A stretch of 64,000 nucleotides of DNA, taken from positions 64,001 through 128,000 of the forward strand of contig JBHLKM010000013.1 in the NCBI GenBank assembly GCA_048886685.1. The letters are read 5' to 3'. Position numbers and translations under genes: made by a program. Source of the DNA: Candidatus Hodarchaeota archaeon. Lineage in GTDB: Archaea > Asgardarchaeota > Lokiarchaeia > Sigyniarchaeales > SOKP01. Positions 1-9,171 of this stretch are shown here, one piece after another (within the stretch, counting starts at the first letter, position 1; each line of letters opens with the position of its first letter). Below the pieces are notes generated by a model. It made no database searches and was not told the origin of the DNA. It saw only the letters and a program-made list of their open reading frames with translations.

Positions 1-3
1 GGT

Positions 4-450
4 GTGTGGATGTTAATATTCATTTTAATTATATCCCTAACTATTATATTATCTTTACTAATCAACCCCTTTTGGTGGATCTTGCTTCCTGTATCATTTT
101 TCTTGATTTTCGTAATTCAATTGACTTCGCGTTATTTCTGGTTAGAAAAAGAAACATGTCCACGTTGTAATGCTCCTATAAGTAAATATGGTGAGTTTTG
201 TAGAAATTGCGGCCTTAAACTATGGTTTAAGTGTCTTTCATGTGGTAAATATATGCGAGCTGATACTAAATTCTGCGATAATTGTAATATTGAGCTTGAA
301 CATTCTGAGAAAGAGAAAGAATCATTTCAGTATGAAATAATAAAAAAAGGTTCACCTTTGCCTAAACCTAATTTTTGCGCTAATTGTGGTGCTGAATTGC
401 GAAATAAAGAAAATATTAAATTTTGTGAAGAATGTGGAGAAAAAATATAG
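4..450 (+). CDS. Membrane-anchored zinc-ribbon (double zinc ribbon type) protein; may extend past the window's 5' edge
   Basis: Two N-terminal hydrophobic helices, then six CxxC motifs (CPRC, CRNC, CLSC, CDNC, CANC, CEEC); the frame is open from base 1. Confidence 0.8.
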   Translation: MWMLIFILIISLTIILSLLINPFWWILLPVSFFLIFVIQLTSRYFWLEKETCPRCNAPISKYGEFCRNCGLKLWFKCLSCGKYMRADTKFCDNCNIELEHSEKEKESFQYEIIKKGSPLPKPNFCANCGAELRNKENIKFCEECGEKI

Positions 451-457
451 CAAGCAT

Positions 458-1042
458 CTAACTATTCAACTTATTTTCTTTCTTAGAATTTAATAAAAAT
501 GATAATACGACCCATAGGATTAAATAAACAATAATATTTCTTAGAAAAATTAGGAAATCCTCGTTATAATAAGCCAATTTAAAAAAATAGACGATAAATA
601 ACCATGCTATATTTAATGTAATAATATGTGGGGCAAGCTTCCTGAAAAGAGTTTCTCTTCCCTTCCAAATTAAATATATATCAACAATAAGTGGAGTAAT
701 ATGAATATAATCGTAGTAGAGAAACAAAACAATAAATTCATAGATTACAATAATTCCCAAAGGCACGATAGAATAAATCAAGAAATTGTTTAAATAGGGA
801 TTTTCGCGATAAAAAAACCATGCGATTGAAAGTGAAAAATACCATTGACTAATTGTAAAAATTATAATGTTTGCTCCCGGATCTCCGTGTTTCTTGGCAC
901 CATATTGGAAAGTATCTAATGGTTGCCATGAAAATGGAATCAAAAACTGGAACAGTAGAGATATTGTTGTCGCAATACCTAACTGGATAATCGTTATAGT
1001 TCGAAGATTCAAGTTTAAGGGCATAATAATGGGTTTATTCAT
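458..1042 (-). CDS. Hypothetical integral membrane protein
   Basis: 194-aa ORF with about 5-6 hydrophobic segments. Confidence 0.7.
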   Translation of the reverse strand: MNKPIIMPLNLNLRTITIIQLGIATTISLLFQFLIPFSWQPLDTFQYGAKKHGDPGANIIIFTISQWYFSLSIAWFFYRENPYLNNFLIYSIVPLGIIVIYEFIVLFLYYDYIHITPLIVDIYLIWKGRETLFRKLAPHIITLNIAWLFIVYFFKLAYYNEDFLIFLRNIIVYLILWVVLSFLLNSKKENKLNS

Positions 1043-1170
1043 GATGTTTCATATAATTTTTCTTGTTAAAATAAATAAATCCTATAACAATTGAATATTT
1101 TTAATAGTTATAAATTAAAAATGGTGTTAAAACAATTTCAGAAAAGAATAAAAAGATATTCAATAAAAGT

Positions 1171-1755
1171 ATGGGTCAACGAAAATCAATATATCTTTCC
1201 AAACCAAGAATTCCTCCCTTAGAGGAATCAAAGTGGGATGATGATGCTCGAAGTTTGATTGAAGGGTGGCGAAATTTGAATAACAGAAAAGATGTGATAA
1301 ATATTTTGGCCACAATGGCGAACTATTCGAAATTATATAATCGGTGGCGCGTTTTTGGCAATCATGTTTTATACAAATCCTCACTTCCTATTAGAGAGAA
1401 AGAAATCCTTATTTTACGTACAGGATGGCTCTGTAATTCGAAGTATGAATGGGCTCAACACACATTTATAGCCAAGCGAGTCGAACTAAGTGAGGAGGAA
1501 ATATTACGGATTAAGGAAGGCCCAGATGCAGAAGGCTGGAGTTCTTTCGAATCTACACTACTTCGTGCTGCAGATGAGCTATATGCGGATTCCTTCATTA
1601 GCGATTCTACTTGGGATGAACTTGCTAAAAAGTATAATACTCAACAACTTATGGATGTAGTTTTTACTGTTGGTCAATACAATTTAACCGCAATGGTACT
1701 CAATTCTCTTGGTATTCAACTCGAAAAAGGTATGAAAGACTTTCCGGAGTTTTGA
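1171..1755 (+). CDS. Carboxymuconolactone decarboxylase / AhpD-like family protein
   Basis: PRIPPL..., REKEILILRTGWLCNSKYEWAQH and VFTVGQYN motifs typical of the CMD family. Confidence 0.85.
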   Translation: MGQRKSIYLSKPRIPPLEESKWDDDARSLIEGWRNLNNRKDVINILATMANYSKLYNRWRVFGNHVLYKSSLPIREKEILILRTGWLCNSKYEWAQHTFIAKRVELSEEEILRIKEGPDAEGWSSFESTLLRAADELYADSFISDSTWDELAKKYNTQQLMDVVFTVGQYNLTAMVLNSLGIQLEKGMKDFPEF

Positions 1756-1871
1756 ATTTTTAACCCTAATATTTAATTATTTTTCCTTTTACTCATTAAT
1801 TAACCTCAAATAAGATGATTAATTAAAAAAATATAAATTTCACAAAGTCTTAAAAAACTTAATCGTGCAAT

Positions 1872-2003
1872 GGGGACTTAGTATAGCCCGGTAGTACGTC
1901 AGGCTCCAGATCCTATAAGCAAACTGTACGTGCAGAAACCTGAAAGTCGGGGGTTCAATTCAGGATGCATTTCGCGTCCTTTGGATATATCCCTCAGTCC
2001 CCA
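1872..2003 (+). tRNA. tRNA-Trp(CCA) with two introns (37/38: about 1910-1937; T-loop: about 1960-1989)
   Basis: Acceptor GGGGACT/AGTCCCC+A73, D stem GTAT/GTAC, anticodon stem TCAGG/CCTGA with loop CT-CCA-G^A, T stem GGGGG/CCCTC; removing 28+30 nt leaves a 74-nt cloverleaf. Confidence 0.9.
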
Positions 2004-2096
2004 TTTATTTAAACCTTAATTCTTTAGTTCTATAAAAATTTATATTATCTATCTATTGAAGAGACAAAAAAAAAGAAAATTTAATTTATGAAATTG

Positions 2097-2555
2097 TTAT
2101 TTTAGTAAGAAAAGAATTTGAGTTTTTAGTTCTTCGGGAGGTGCTACTCTCGGATCGTCTAAGTATAATTCATAAGCAATTCCAGATGTCTCATATCCAT
2201 TCTTTTCAGTCCATTGAGTAAGTGTGTTATATGCAGGTTCAATTTTGTCATAGGGGCCGGTATAAATGCAACCTGCATATTTTCCAGCGGGAATTTCACT
2301 TACCTTGATATCCCCTTTTTCAGGAAGTTTTTTAGAGACAGGGATACCAATTTCTAAATCCAGATTCTGCAAATCCATATTAAAGTATCCAGCAAAAGGC
2401 GCACTTGCAGGAATTTCTCCTTGTTCACCTAAATACTGCATAATTTTCATATAAGATTCTCCCAGCAGTTGAGGTAATTGTTGTACTGAAGTTTTTGTAC
2501 GTATAGATAAAACTATTTGAGCATTTCGTTCTAAAATTTCACAATAATACGACAT
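2097..2555 (-). CDS. GyrI-like small-molecule-binding domain protein
   Basis: IPAGKYA..YTGPYDKIEPAY..L..W and YELYLDDP motifs; start placed at the ATG of MSYYCE. Confidence 0.85.
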   Translation of the reverse strand: MSYYCEILERNAQIVLSIRTKTSVQQLPQLLGESYMKIMQYLGEQGEIPASAPFAGYFNMDLQNLDLEIGIPVSKKLPEKGDIKVSEIPAGKYAGCIYTGPYDKIEPAYNTLTQWTEKNGYETSGIAYELYLDDPRVAPPEELKTQILFLLK

Positions 2556-2809
2556 AGGATTTTCCCTTATATTTTTTGATACTATTTTCAATTATTATAA
2601 TTAACAAATTAAGAAGATGCAAATTTCAAAATTAAATAATATTTTTTAAATGAATCTCTGTAAAAAATAAGTGATTTACTAAGCTTGACGAACAAAAATT
2701 ATAACTAGTACATGAATAAATTGAAATTTGATTTCAATCTTATTAAAAATAAGATAAAAGTGGAAAAAATAGCACAATAAATGATACGACAAATTATTGA
2801 ATAGATGAA

Positions 2810-4729
2810 TTATAAGTTTTTCAACCGTTCTTGTTCTTTTTGCTTCTTTTTTTCGATTTTTTTCTTCTGCTTGTCCAGCTTTTTTCGTCTTTTTGTTTCT
2901 TGTTTCATTTCTTTTTCCTTTAATTTTCTCTCTTGTTTCAGCTTTTCAAGTTCCATTTTTTCTTTTTCAATAGCTTCTATTTCTGCTCTTTCTCTTTCTA
3001 ATCGTTCCCTTTCTAATCTGATCTCCTCTTGTTTTTCTTTTTCAATTTTTTCTAATCGAGCTTTTTCCGCTTGTTCTTCCATTAACCTTTCCTTTTCTTT
3101 TCGTTCTCTTTCTAAACGTTCTCTTTCTTCCCGTTCCCTTTCTTGTTTTTCTCTTTCCTTTCTTTCTTTTTCTTCCCTTTCTTTTCTTTCCTTCTCCAAG
3201 CGAATTTTTTCTAACCTTTCCCGTTCCTTCCTCTCTTCTTCTTCTATCTCAAAGTACCATGAATCAATTTTTTGACTTAATTCTTGTTTTTCTTTTACTG
3301 GCAATCCAAGTTGGGGTTCTTTTTTCAGGTAGATATTAGTATATTTACTCATTTCCCATACTTTTGCCTGATGTGTTGTGGTTGCGCTGACCCCTATCTC
3401 TCTCATTTTCTCCCTAGCAATTTCAAAAGCTTGCCCAATCGATCTCATCTCATAATTTTCAACAATAACCTTTTTTAAATAGGTTAAAATTTGTTTAACA
3501 TCCGCTATAGGTGGATTGGGTAATGGTTTAAATTCTACTTTTTCAGATTTTAATGTGTCTAGCTCAAATTTTTTTTGTTTGTATTCAGGTATTTCCGTGA
3601 TTTTAATTTCAGGATTTTGAATAACCTCTTGTTGAATATATACAGGTTGTTCTACCATTTTTGGAGTAACTGGTAGTTCCTTTTTTGCTTTTCTCTTAAA
3701 TTCTATTGGCCAACTTGTAAATGCATAGGAACGATCTTCTGCAGAAACAAAAATAGAATGTTTAGATGACTTTCTAGTAATTGAATCTTGTTGTTTGTGA
3801 GGAATTTGTGAAACAGCAGAGCTTAACATCGTTGACGCTTTTTCTATAATTGAGAAAAGATACATCGGGTCAAACTCAAGATTAGAATAAATACTTTTCA
3901 AGGAATTGATATTACTTTCAATTACGGTGAGATTTACAGGAGATAATGTTTCTTGTAACAGTTGATCAGCTCCAAAAGCTATCCCATTTAAACCTGCTAC
4001 TGAATTTAAGTATGAAGAATCGGATTTATTTCTCAATTTATCAGAAACTAAAATTTGATTGTAAAAATCCCAATGAGTGCTGAGAAGCATATGTCCATCT
4101 TTTGCAATTTGATAGGAATAATCTCTACGGATTGTTTCCATCATCTCCAAAAATATATCTTTATTAGGTATGAATATATTTCTCATTAATACTCCCTTTA
4201 TGAAAGTTAAATGTTCCTCCGACTTCAAAGTTAAGTCAACTGGAACTTTAATCACTTTTTCTGCAATAATAACCTCTTGATCCTCTACTAAAGTTACATT
4301 TCCTGAGGTAGCCATATGGTCATAAATAAAGTCCGATAGAATTAATCCTGTTAATATCCTATTATCAGTAATATATTTCCCTGATTCTAATTCAAATTTT
4401 AGAAAATAATATCCTAATCCAAAGAGAAAATGAAGGGTTCCTCTTCCCACTTCAATGGAATAGTCATATCCACTGAAAAAAGTAACTGAATCAGAGATAA
4501 TTTTTGATACTTCATGATGGACGTAAGTGCCTAACGTTGGATAGCCTAATAATTCACTCCAACTAGGTATCATAAAAAGAGAATTGTTGGTAAATAATTT
4601 ATTCTCCATTTTCTGTTTTTCAATTCTCTCTTTTTCAAGTCGTTCTTTTTCTAACCTTTCAATTTCTAATTTCTCTTTCTCGAGTCTTTCTTTTTCCAAT
4701 TGGTCTTCATTTATTTTTTCTATCCCCAT
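2810..4729 (-). CDS. Hypothetical protein with N- and C-terminal E/K/R-rich (LEKER)n helical repeats
   Basis: 639-aa ORF; globular core flanked by charged low-complexity segments. Confidence 0.8.
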   Translation of the reverse strand: MGIEKINEDQLEKERLEKEKLEIERLEKERLEKERIEKQKMENKLFTNNSLFMIPSWSELLGYPTLGTYVHHEVSKIISDSVTFFSGYDYSIEVGRGTLHFLFGLGYYFLKFELESGKYITDNRILTGLILSDFIYDHMATSGNVTLVEDQEVIIAEKVIKVPVDLTLKSEEHLTFIKGVLMRNIFIPNKDIFLEMMETIRRDYSYQIAKDGHMLLSTHWDFYNQILVSDKLRNKSDSSYLNSVAGLNGIAFGADQLLQETLSPVNLTVIESNINSLKSIYSNLEFDPMYLFSIIEKASTMLSSAVSQIPHKQQDSITRKSSKHSIFVSAEDRSYAFTSWPIEFKRKAKKELPVTPKMVEQPVYIQQEVIQNPEIKITEIPEYKQKKFELDTLKSEKVEFKPLPNPPIADVKQILTYLKKVIVENYEMRSIGQAFEIAREKMREIGVSATTTHQAKVWEMSKYTNIYLKKEPQLGLPVKEKQELSQKIDSWYFEIEEEERKERERLEKIRLEKERKEREEKERKEREKQEREREERERLERERKEKERLMEEQAEKARLEKIEKEKQEEIRLERERLERERAEIEAIEKEKMELEKLKQERKLKEKEMKQETKRRKKLDKQKKKIEKKKQKEQERLKNL

Positions 4730-4929
4730 AATATCAACTATAAATTTGTAGGTATAATTTCTTTATAATTAATAATTTTGATTTTTTTATCATGTTTTGA
4801 TATAGTCTATAATAAATTTATTTCTAGTGTATAATTAAATCTAAATAGATCACTAATATATATAATAAAATTAATATGAACAATTAGCAATTATTTAATT
4901 TAGGATTAAATTAGTTTGAGGTTTCACTA

Positions 4930-5307
4930 ATGTATCGAATCGAGAACATTGGAGAGAATCAATTTTATATAAAAGCATTAGGCACATTCCCACCATCAGT
5001 ATCAAAACGTTTTATGAAAGAATTTAATAAAAAAACAAAAAAATCAAAGGAATTTTCAGTAATCGTAGATGGTGTCGACTTTATTCTACTCAATCTTGAA
5101 TCATTTGAAATAATTTTGGATTTCCTGAAAAAAAATAATGAGAGATTGCATAGATCTGCTTGGATTATTACCAAAAATCCACCATTGGATACAGAAATCC
5201 AAATACTTCTTGATAGAGCTAAATCTCCTAAAAGGAAAATCGTCCAAAATCTTAATGATGCAAAAAAATGGATTGGGGTAAAGGATATTATTATAGAATC
5301 AGAATAG
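4930..5307 (+). CDS. Hypothetical protein, possible STAS/SpoIIAA-like fold
   Basis: 125 aa with GAGGT SD; beta/alpha pattern ending L.DAKKWI as in STAS/SEC14-like proteins. Confidence 0.6.
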   Translation: MYRIENIGENQFYIKALGTFPPSVSKRFMKEFNKKTKKSKEFSVIVDGVDFILLNLESFEIILDFLKKNNERLHRSAWIITKNPPLDTEIQILLDRAKSPKRKIVQNLNDAKKWIGVKDIIIESE

Positions 5308-5316
5308 TTAATTTCA

Positions 5317-6114
5317 TTAAATATTCAATCTCTTTTTACATAAATCGATAGCTTTTGAATTATTATCTACACCAATCCATTTTCGATTTAATTTGTTAGC
5401 TACAGCTAAAGTTGTACCTGTTCCACAAAAAAAGTCAGCAACAATATCTCCTTCATTTGAAGATGCTAAAATTATTCTTTCAAGCAATTCTTCAGGTTTT
5501 TGTGTTGGGTATCCTAAATATTCTTTTGATCGAGTTCTTGTTTGATATGAATATATATCATTCCAAACATCTCCTAATACATTTCCAGGCTTTTCATCCA
5601 AGTATTGTTTTCCACCTCTTCTCTTCCTATAGAGACGTCCATCATCATCTTTATATCGAAACATCTTTCTAATATATTCTTCCTTATAAGGAGTAAATTG
5701 TTTATTGAAGGTATACTGATCGGATTTGGTATAAAATAAGATTGTATCGTGTTGCCGCACCCATCCTTTAACCTGACTTTTAAATCCGGATACACTTCGA
5801 ACATTCCATATTATTTCCCTTCTAAAAAACTGTCTTCCAAAGATTCTATCACATATAAGTTTAAGATCAAATACAGCATTCGCATCACTGTGACAATAAA
5901 AACTACCAGAATTTTTTAAAACTCGGTGTATTTCTTTTAATCTCTCTTCCATGAAGTTCAAGTAATCCTCTAATGAATTCCAGTCATCCAAAAATTCTTT
6001 ATAATCTACTCCTGTGTAAAAGGGAGGATCTATATAGATTAGATCAATACACTCCGAATCGAGTTTTCTTAAGAATTCTAAATTTTCTGCGAAATAGACA
6101 GTATTTAATTTCAT
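5317..6114 (-). CDS. Site-specific DNA methyltransferase (N6-A/N4-C, beta class)
   Basis: DLIYIDPPF (motif IV) precedes YPTQKPEELLERII and DFFCGTGTT (motif I); start at MKLNTVY. Confidence 0.92.
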   Translation of the reverse strand: MKLNTVYFAENLEFLRKLDSECIDLIYIDPPFYTGVDYKEFLDDWNSLEDYLNFMEERLKEIHRVLKNSGSFYCHSDANAVFDLKLICDRIFGRQFFRREIIWNVRSVSGFKSQVKGWVRQHDTILFYTKSDQYTFNKQFTPYKEEYIRKMFRYKDDDGRLYRKRRGGKQYLDEKPGNVLGDVWNDIYSYQTRTRSKEYLGYPTQKPEELLERIILASSNEGDIVADFFCGTGTTLAVANKLNRKWIGVDNNSKAIDLCKKRLNI

Positions 6115-6152
6115 GTGAGAGTTAAATAGAACTGATGATTTATACAATTATT

Positions 6153-6539
6153 ATGAGTAAGGAACGATTAAATAAGAATTTCTTGGATGAGTTTAAGGAT
6201 TATAATTTTTCCAAAATTCGAGAAAATAAAATATATTTAGTTGGATCAATTCGTTTTAAAGACTATTTCATCAAAATTGAGTCTATTTTGCAAATTTTAT
6301 ATAATAAAGTCGTGTATATTTGTTCGGTTGATGGATTATTAAACAAAAAAAAGTTTTCTCCAGAAGAATGGGAGAAATTACAAGAAATTGCTCTTAGGAA
6401 ATTACAGGATCAAGATGCTATGTTAGTCTTGGATATAGATGGTTATATTGGAGACCATTCTATGGAAGAAATCGAGATTTTTCAGAGAAAATACAAAAAA
6501 CCAATTTATTATTTATCTAAGTTAAGAAATCATAAATAG
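6153..6539 (+). CDS. Nucleoside 2-deoxyribosyltransferase-like / DUF4406-type protein
   Basis: KIYLVGSIRF ... DAMLVLDIDGYIGDHSMEEI ... KPIYY matches the NDT-like flavodoxin fold. Confidence 0.6.
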   Translation: MSKERLNKNFLDEFKDYNFSKIRENKIYLVGSIRFKDYFIKIESILQILYNKVVYICSVDGLLNKKKFSPEEWEKLQEIALRKLQDQDAMLVLDIDGYIGDHSMEEIEIFQRKYKKPIYYLSKLRNHK

Positions 6540-6678
6540 CATCTTAGACAAATCATTAATTTCATAGTATTAGTGCGCCTAAGATTGCTTGAATTCTCAT
6601 TAATTTTATGGCTCACAATATATGAATGACATTTCAACTCTAATAAAAATCTATTGATTAAAAAAAGATTACTATACC

Positions 6679-6885
6679 TTAAAGCACCTGATTTAAAGCG
6701 GTTTTAATGCTATTCAGATTAAAGATTGAGATATGATATATGCCAAATGGTGCACTGTTCTTTTCTAGTAAAGGTTCAATTTTTTCCAAGAATTTTCCCT
6801 TTAAATTTCGAATCATATCATCATAACCAGGGCTTACTTTATGAAAAAGAAAAAAAATATAACATTGATATCAATATTAATACCC
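6679..6885 (-). pseudogene. Remnant of the C-terminal half of a small (Rag/Arf-like) GTPase
   Basis: Unannotated frame reads IFFLFHKVSPGYDDMIRNLKGKFLEKIEPLLEKNSAPFGIYHISIFNLNSIKTALNQVL*, resembling degenerate G4 (HKxD) and G5 (TSI); G1-G3 are missing and a frameshift lies in the poly-T run near 6850. Confidence 0.5.
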
Positions 6886-6894
6886 GGATATGAA

Positions 6895-7794
6895 ATGAAA
6901 CCATTAATACTTTTAGTAGACAATGATCCAAAATTCCTAGAAATTACCAAGACAGTCTTAGAATTTAACGAAGCCAAAGTTCTAACAGCAAAAAATGGAA
7001 AAGAAGGATTAAAAATTCTCGCCGAGTTAAAAAAGGCACCTGATATTATAATCAGCGAGATAATGATGCCAGAAATGAATGGCTATGACTTTTTTGAAGC
7101 AGTTTCTAATGATCCTAATTTTAGTCATTTACCCTTCATTTTCTTATCAGAACTTGATTCTCCTGAAGAAATTCGAATGGGAAAAATGCTTGGAGTGGAC
7201 GATTATCTTACTAAACCAGTTAATGATGATGATTTACTTGCAATTGTTGCGGGAAAAGTAAAACGTAAACTGCAAAACGAACTTTTTGATATTAAGATTA
7301 AGGAAAAATTTACTTCGAAAAAAGAAGGAAAACTACTTGACTCTAAAGAACAGAGAGATTTTCTATTAGTAATTGAAGTCAATTGGGATGATAGATTAGG
7401 ACCAAACTTGGTAGATCATTTCCCTAAAGATATTTTGCTAGACTTTCCTCTCAGCCACGTTGCTGGTCAGCTTTACGCTACGATTAGCTCAATTTACGGG
7501 CAGGAACGTATCACAAAAGCAGAAAGTCTTTTGTTAAAAGTCAAAAATTTCAATATTATGGCGTATGTTTTTTTCGATTCTTATCCTGATGAAACATACA
7601 GAGGAGGAAATAAGGATTATATGTTTTCGGTTATTGCACCAAAAATTACCTATTTCCAGTCTTTACAAATAAAGCCTGTATTTAAGGAAATTTCCTCATT
7701 GTATAAGAAAATAAAAAGTTGGGATATAGAAGCATTTTGGTATAGATTTTCAGATATTTTTACGCAAGAAGCAAATAGTATCAATTTAGAATAA
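6895..7794 (+). CDS. Response-regulator receiver domain fused to a longin/uDENN-like domain
   Basis: ILLVDND...PDIIISEIMMPEMNG...DDYLTKP (REC); the C-terminal half starts IEVNWDDRLGPNLVDHFP (uDENN/longin xDxxxGP motif). Confidence 0.8.
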   Translation: MKPLILLVDNDPKFLEITKTVLEFNEAKVLTAKNGKEGLKILAELKKAPDIIISEIMMPEMNGYDFFEAVSNDPNFSHLPFIFLSELDSPEEIRMGKMLGVDDYLTKPVNDDDLLAIVAGKVKRKLQNELFDIKIKEKFTSKKEGKLLDSKEQRDFLLVIEVNWDDRLGPNLVDHFPKDILLDFPLSHVAGQLYATISSIYGQERITKAESLLLKVKNFNIMAYVFFDSYPDETYRGGNKDYMFSVIAPKITYFQSLQIKPVFKEISSLYKKIKSWDIEAFWYRFSDIFTQEANSINLE

Positions 7795-8047
7795 ATAATC
7801 ATATGATCAGAAGGGAATTGATGATTATTTAAAAAATATATGAGCTTTACTTCTGTTTATTGGACATGGAATATTATAAATATAGGATGAGTTTTTCTTC
7901 TATATGAGTTCACAACCAACTATACTTAATTTTCTTTGTGAATAAATATCTCAACGATAATCTAATTAGAAATTCAATTCAGTCCAAATAGTTATATCGC
8001 GCTTATTCCATTTTGTAAATAATCATTATTAAGGGTTTAAATGGAAA

Positions 8048-9028
8048 ATGGAATTGTTCCAAGTTTTTTGGGACGAGGGAAAAAGACTTTTTTTAGAATT
8101 CAAGAAAGATAAAAATGAAAATCAACTTCTTCTCCCTAAAAGAATTAAACGTTTAAACATAAAATTTGAGATATCAAAAGCAATCAAACATGATTTATTT
8201 TCTAATCAACCTCCTTATCTTGTTTCTATTAAAAAACTCTACTATTCAGATGAACATCTCTGTTTTTCAATTGATTTAAACGAGGTATATGGATATGACG
8301 ATTTACAAATAAGAATTTTAAAATTAACAGTATTTATGAGTTCTGGGCAGCGTATTGAATATAAATTCGAAGAAAAATTTAATATTTCAGATATTGGGAT
8401 TAATGAGGAATGTTATGCTGGATTTCAGTTCATTGACTTAGATATGAAGAAAAGCCAGCATAGCACTTTTACCAGAGAAAAAGTATTTCAGGAGGTAAAA
8501 ACCGATTTCAATAATGAAAAACGAGAGAGCACAGTTATCTATGAGAAGAATAGTATTAAAAGTATATCTTCAGATGAATCAATTATCTCAATGATTAGTG
8601 AAAGCAACAGAACTTTGAAAAACATTGAAAGCCATCTAAAGAATTTAAATCTAACACTTCAAAACATGCCATTGGGAAATATTTCATATGGTGTACGTAC
8701 TCGTCTTCCTAAGAGTACATCAGAACCTGCAATTGAGAGAAAAAGACTTCCAACAAAACCAACATTGATTCAAAGTCAAATGTCTTCGAATAAATTAATG
8801 GTGATTAAAGAAATGAAAACAATTTTTCAACAAAATATTGATAAAAATGAAATTTTTAATGTAAAAGAAATCTTAAAGCCATTGACAGAAGAAGAACTTA
8901 AAGAAATGATGGTGGAGGACGAAATTTTGAGGGAGAAAGAAGAAGAGGCAATTAATAATCAAATAAAAAGGCTTAAAAAACAGCAAGAAAAGAAAATTAA
9001 CTTGGATGATCTTAAAAAGCCTAAATAG
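8048..9028 (+). CDS. Hypothetical protein (beta-rich N-terminus, coiled coil, helical C-terminus)
   Basis: 326-aa ORF with no recognised catalytic motif. Confidence 0.75.
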   Translation: MELFQVFWDEGKRLFLEFKKDKNENQLLLPKRIKRLNIKFEISKAIKHDLFSNQPPYLVSIKKLYYSDEHLCFSIDLNEVYGYDDLQIRILKLTVFMSSGQRIEYKFEEKFNISDIGINEECYAGFQFIDLDMKKSQHSTFTREKVFQEVKTDFNNEKRESTVIYEKNSIKSISSDESIISMISESNRTLKNIESHLKNLNLTLQNMPLGNISYGVRTRLPKSTSEPAIERKRLPTKPTLIQSQMSSNKLMVIKEMKTIFQQNIDKNEIFNVKEILKPLTEEELKEMMVEDEILREKEEEAINNQIKRLKKQQEKKINLDDLKKPK

Positions 9029-9171
9029 AAGATGAATTTGAATTGGAATAATAGAATAATATGATTTACTGATTTTTTGACAGTTAATTCAAATCAATAA
9101 GTAGCAAATCTTTAATTATTTTCTAATATTGGATATAAAAGAGGAAATATATTCAAGCGAGGTTATCTAAA

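Noticed and set aside
2805-3275. 156-aa F/S/L-rich ORF on the plus strand (also 28857-29234 and similar)
   Set aside because: Antisense shadow of E/K/R-rich coding sequence on the opposite strand
6841-6894. Signal-peptide-like N-terminus (MKKKKNITLISILIP) on the receiver protein
   Set aside because: The REC fold starts at the ATG at 6895; the extension is the antisense of the GTPase remnant
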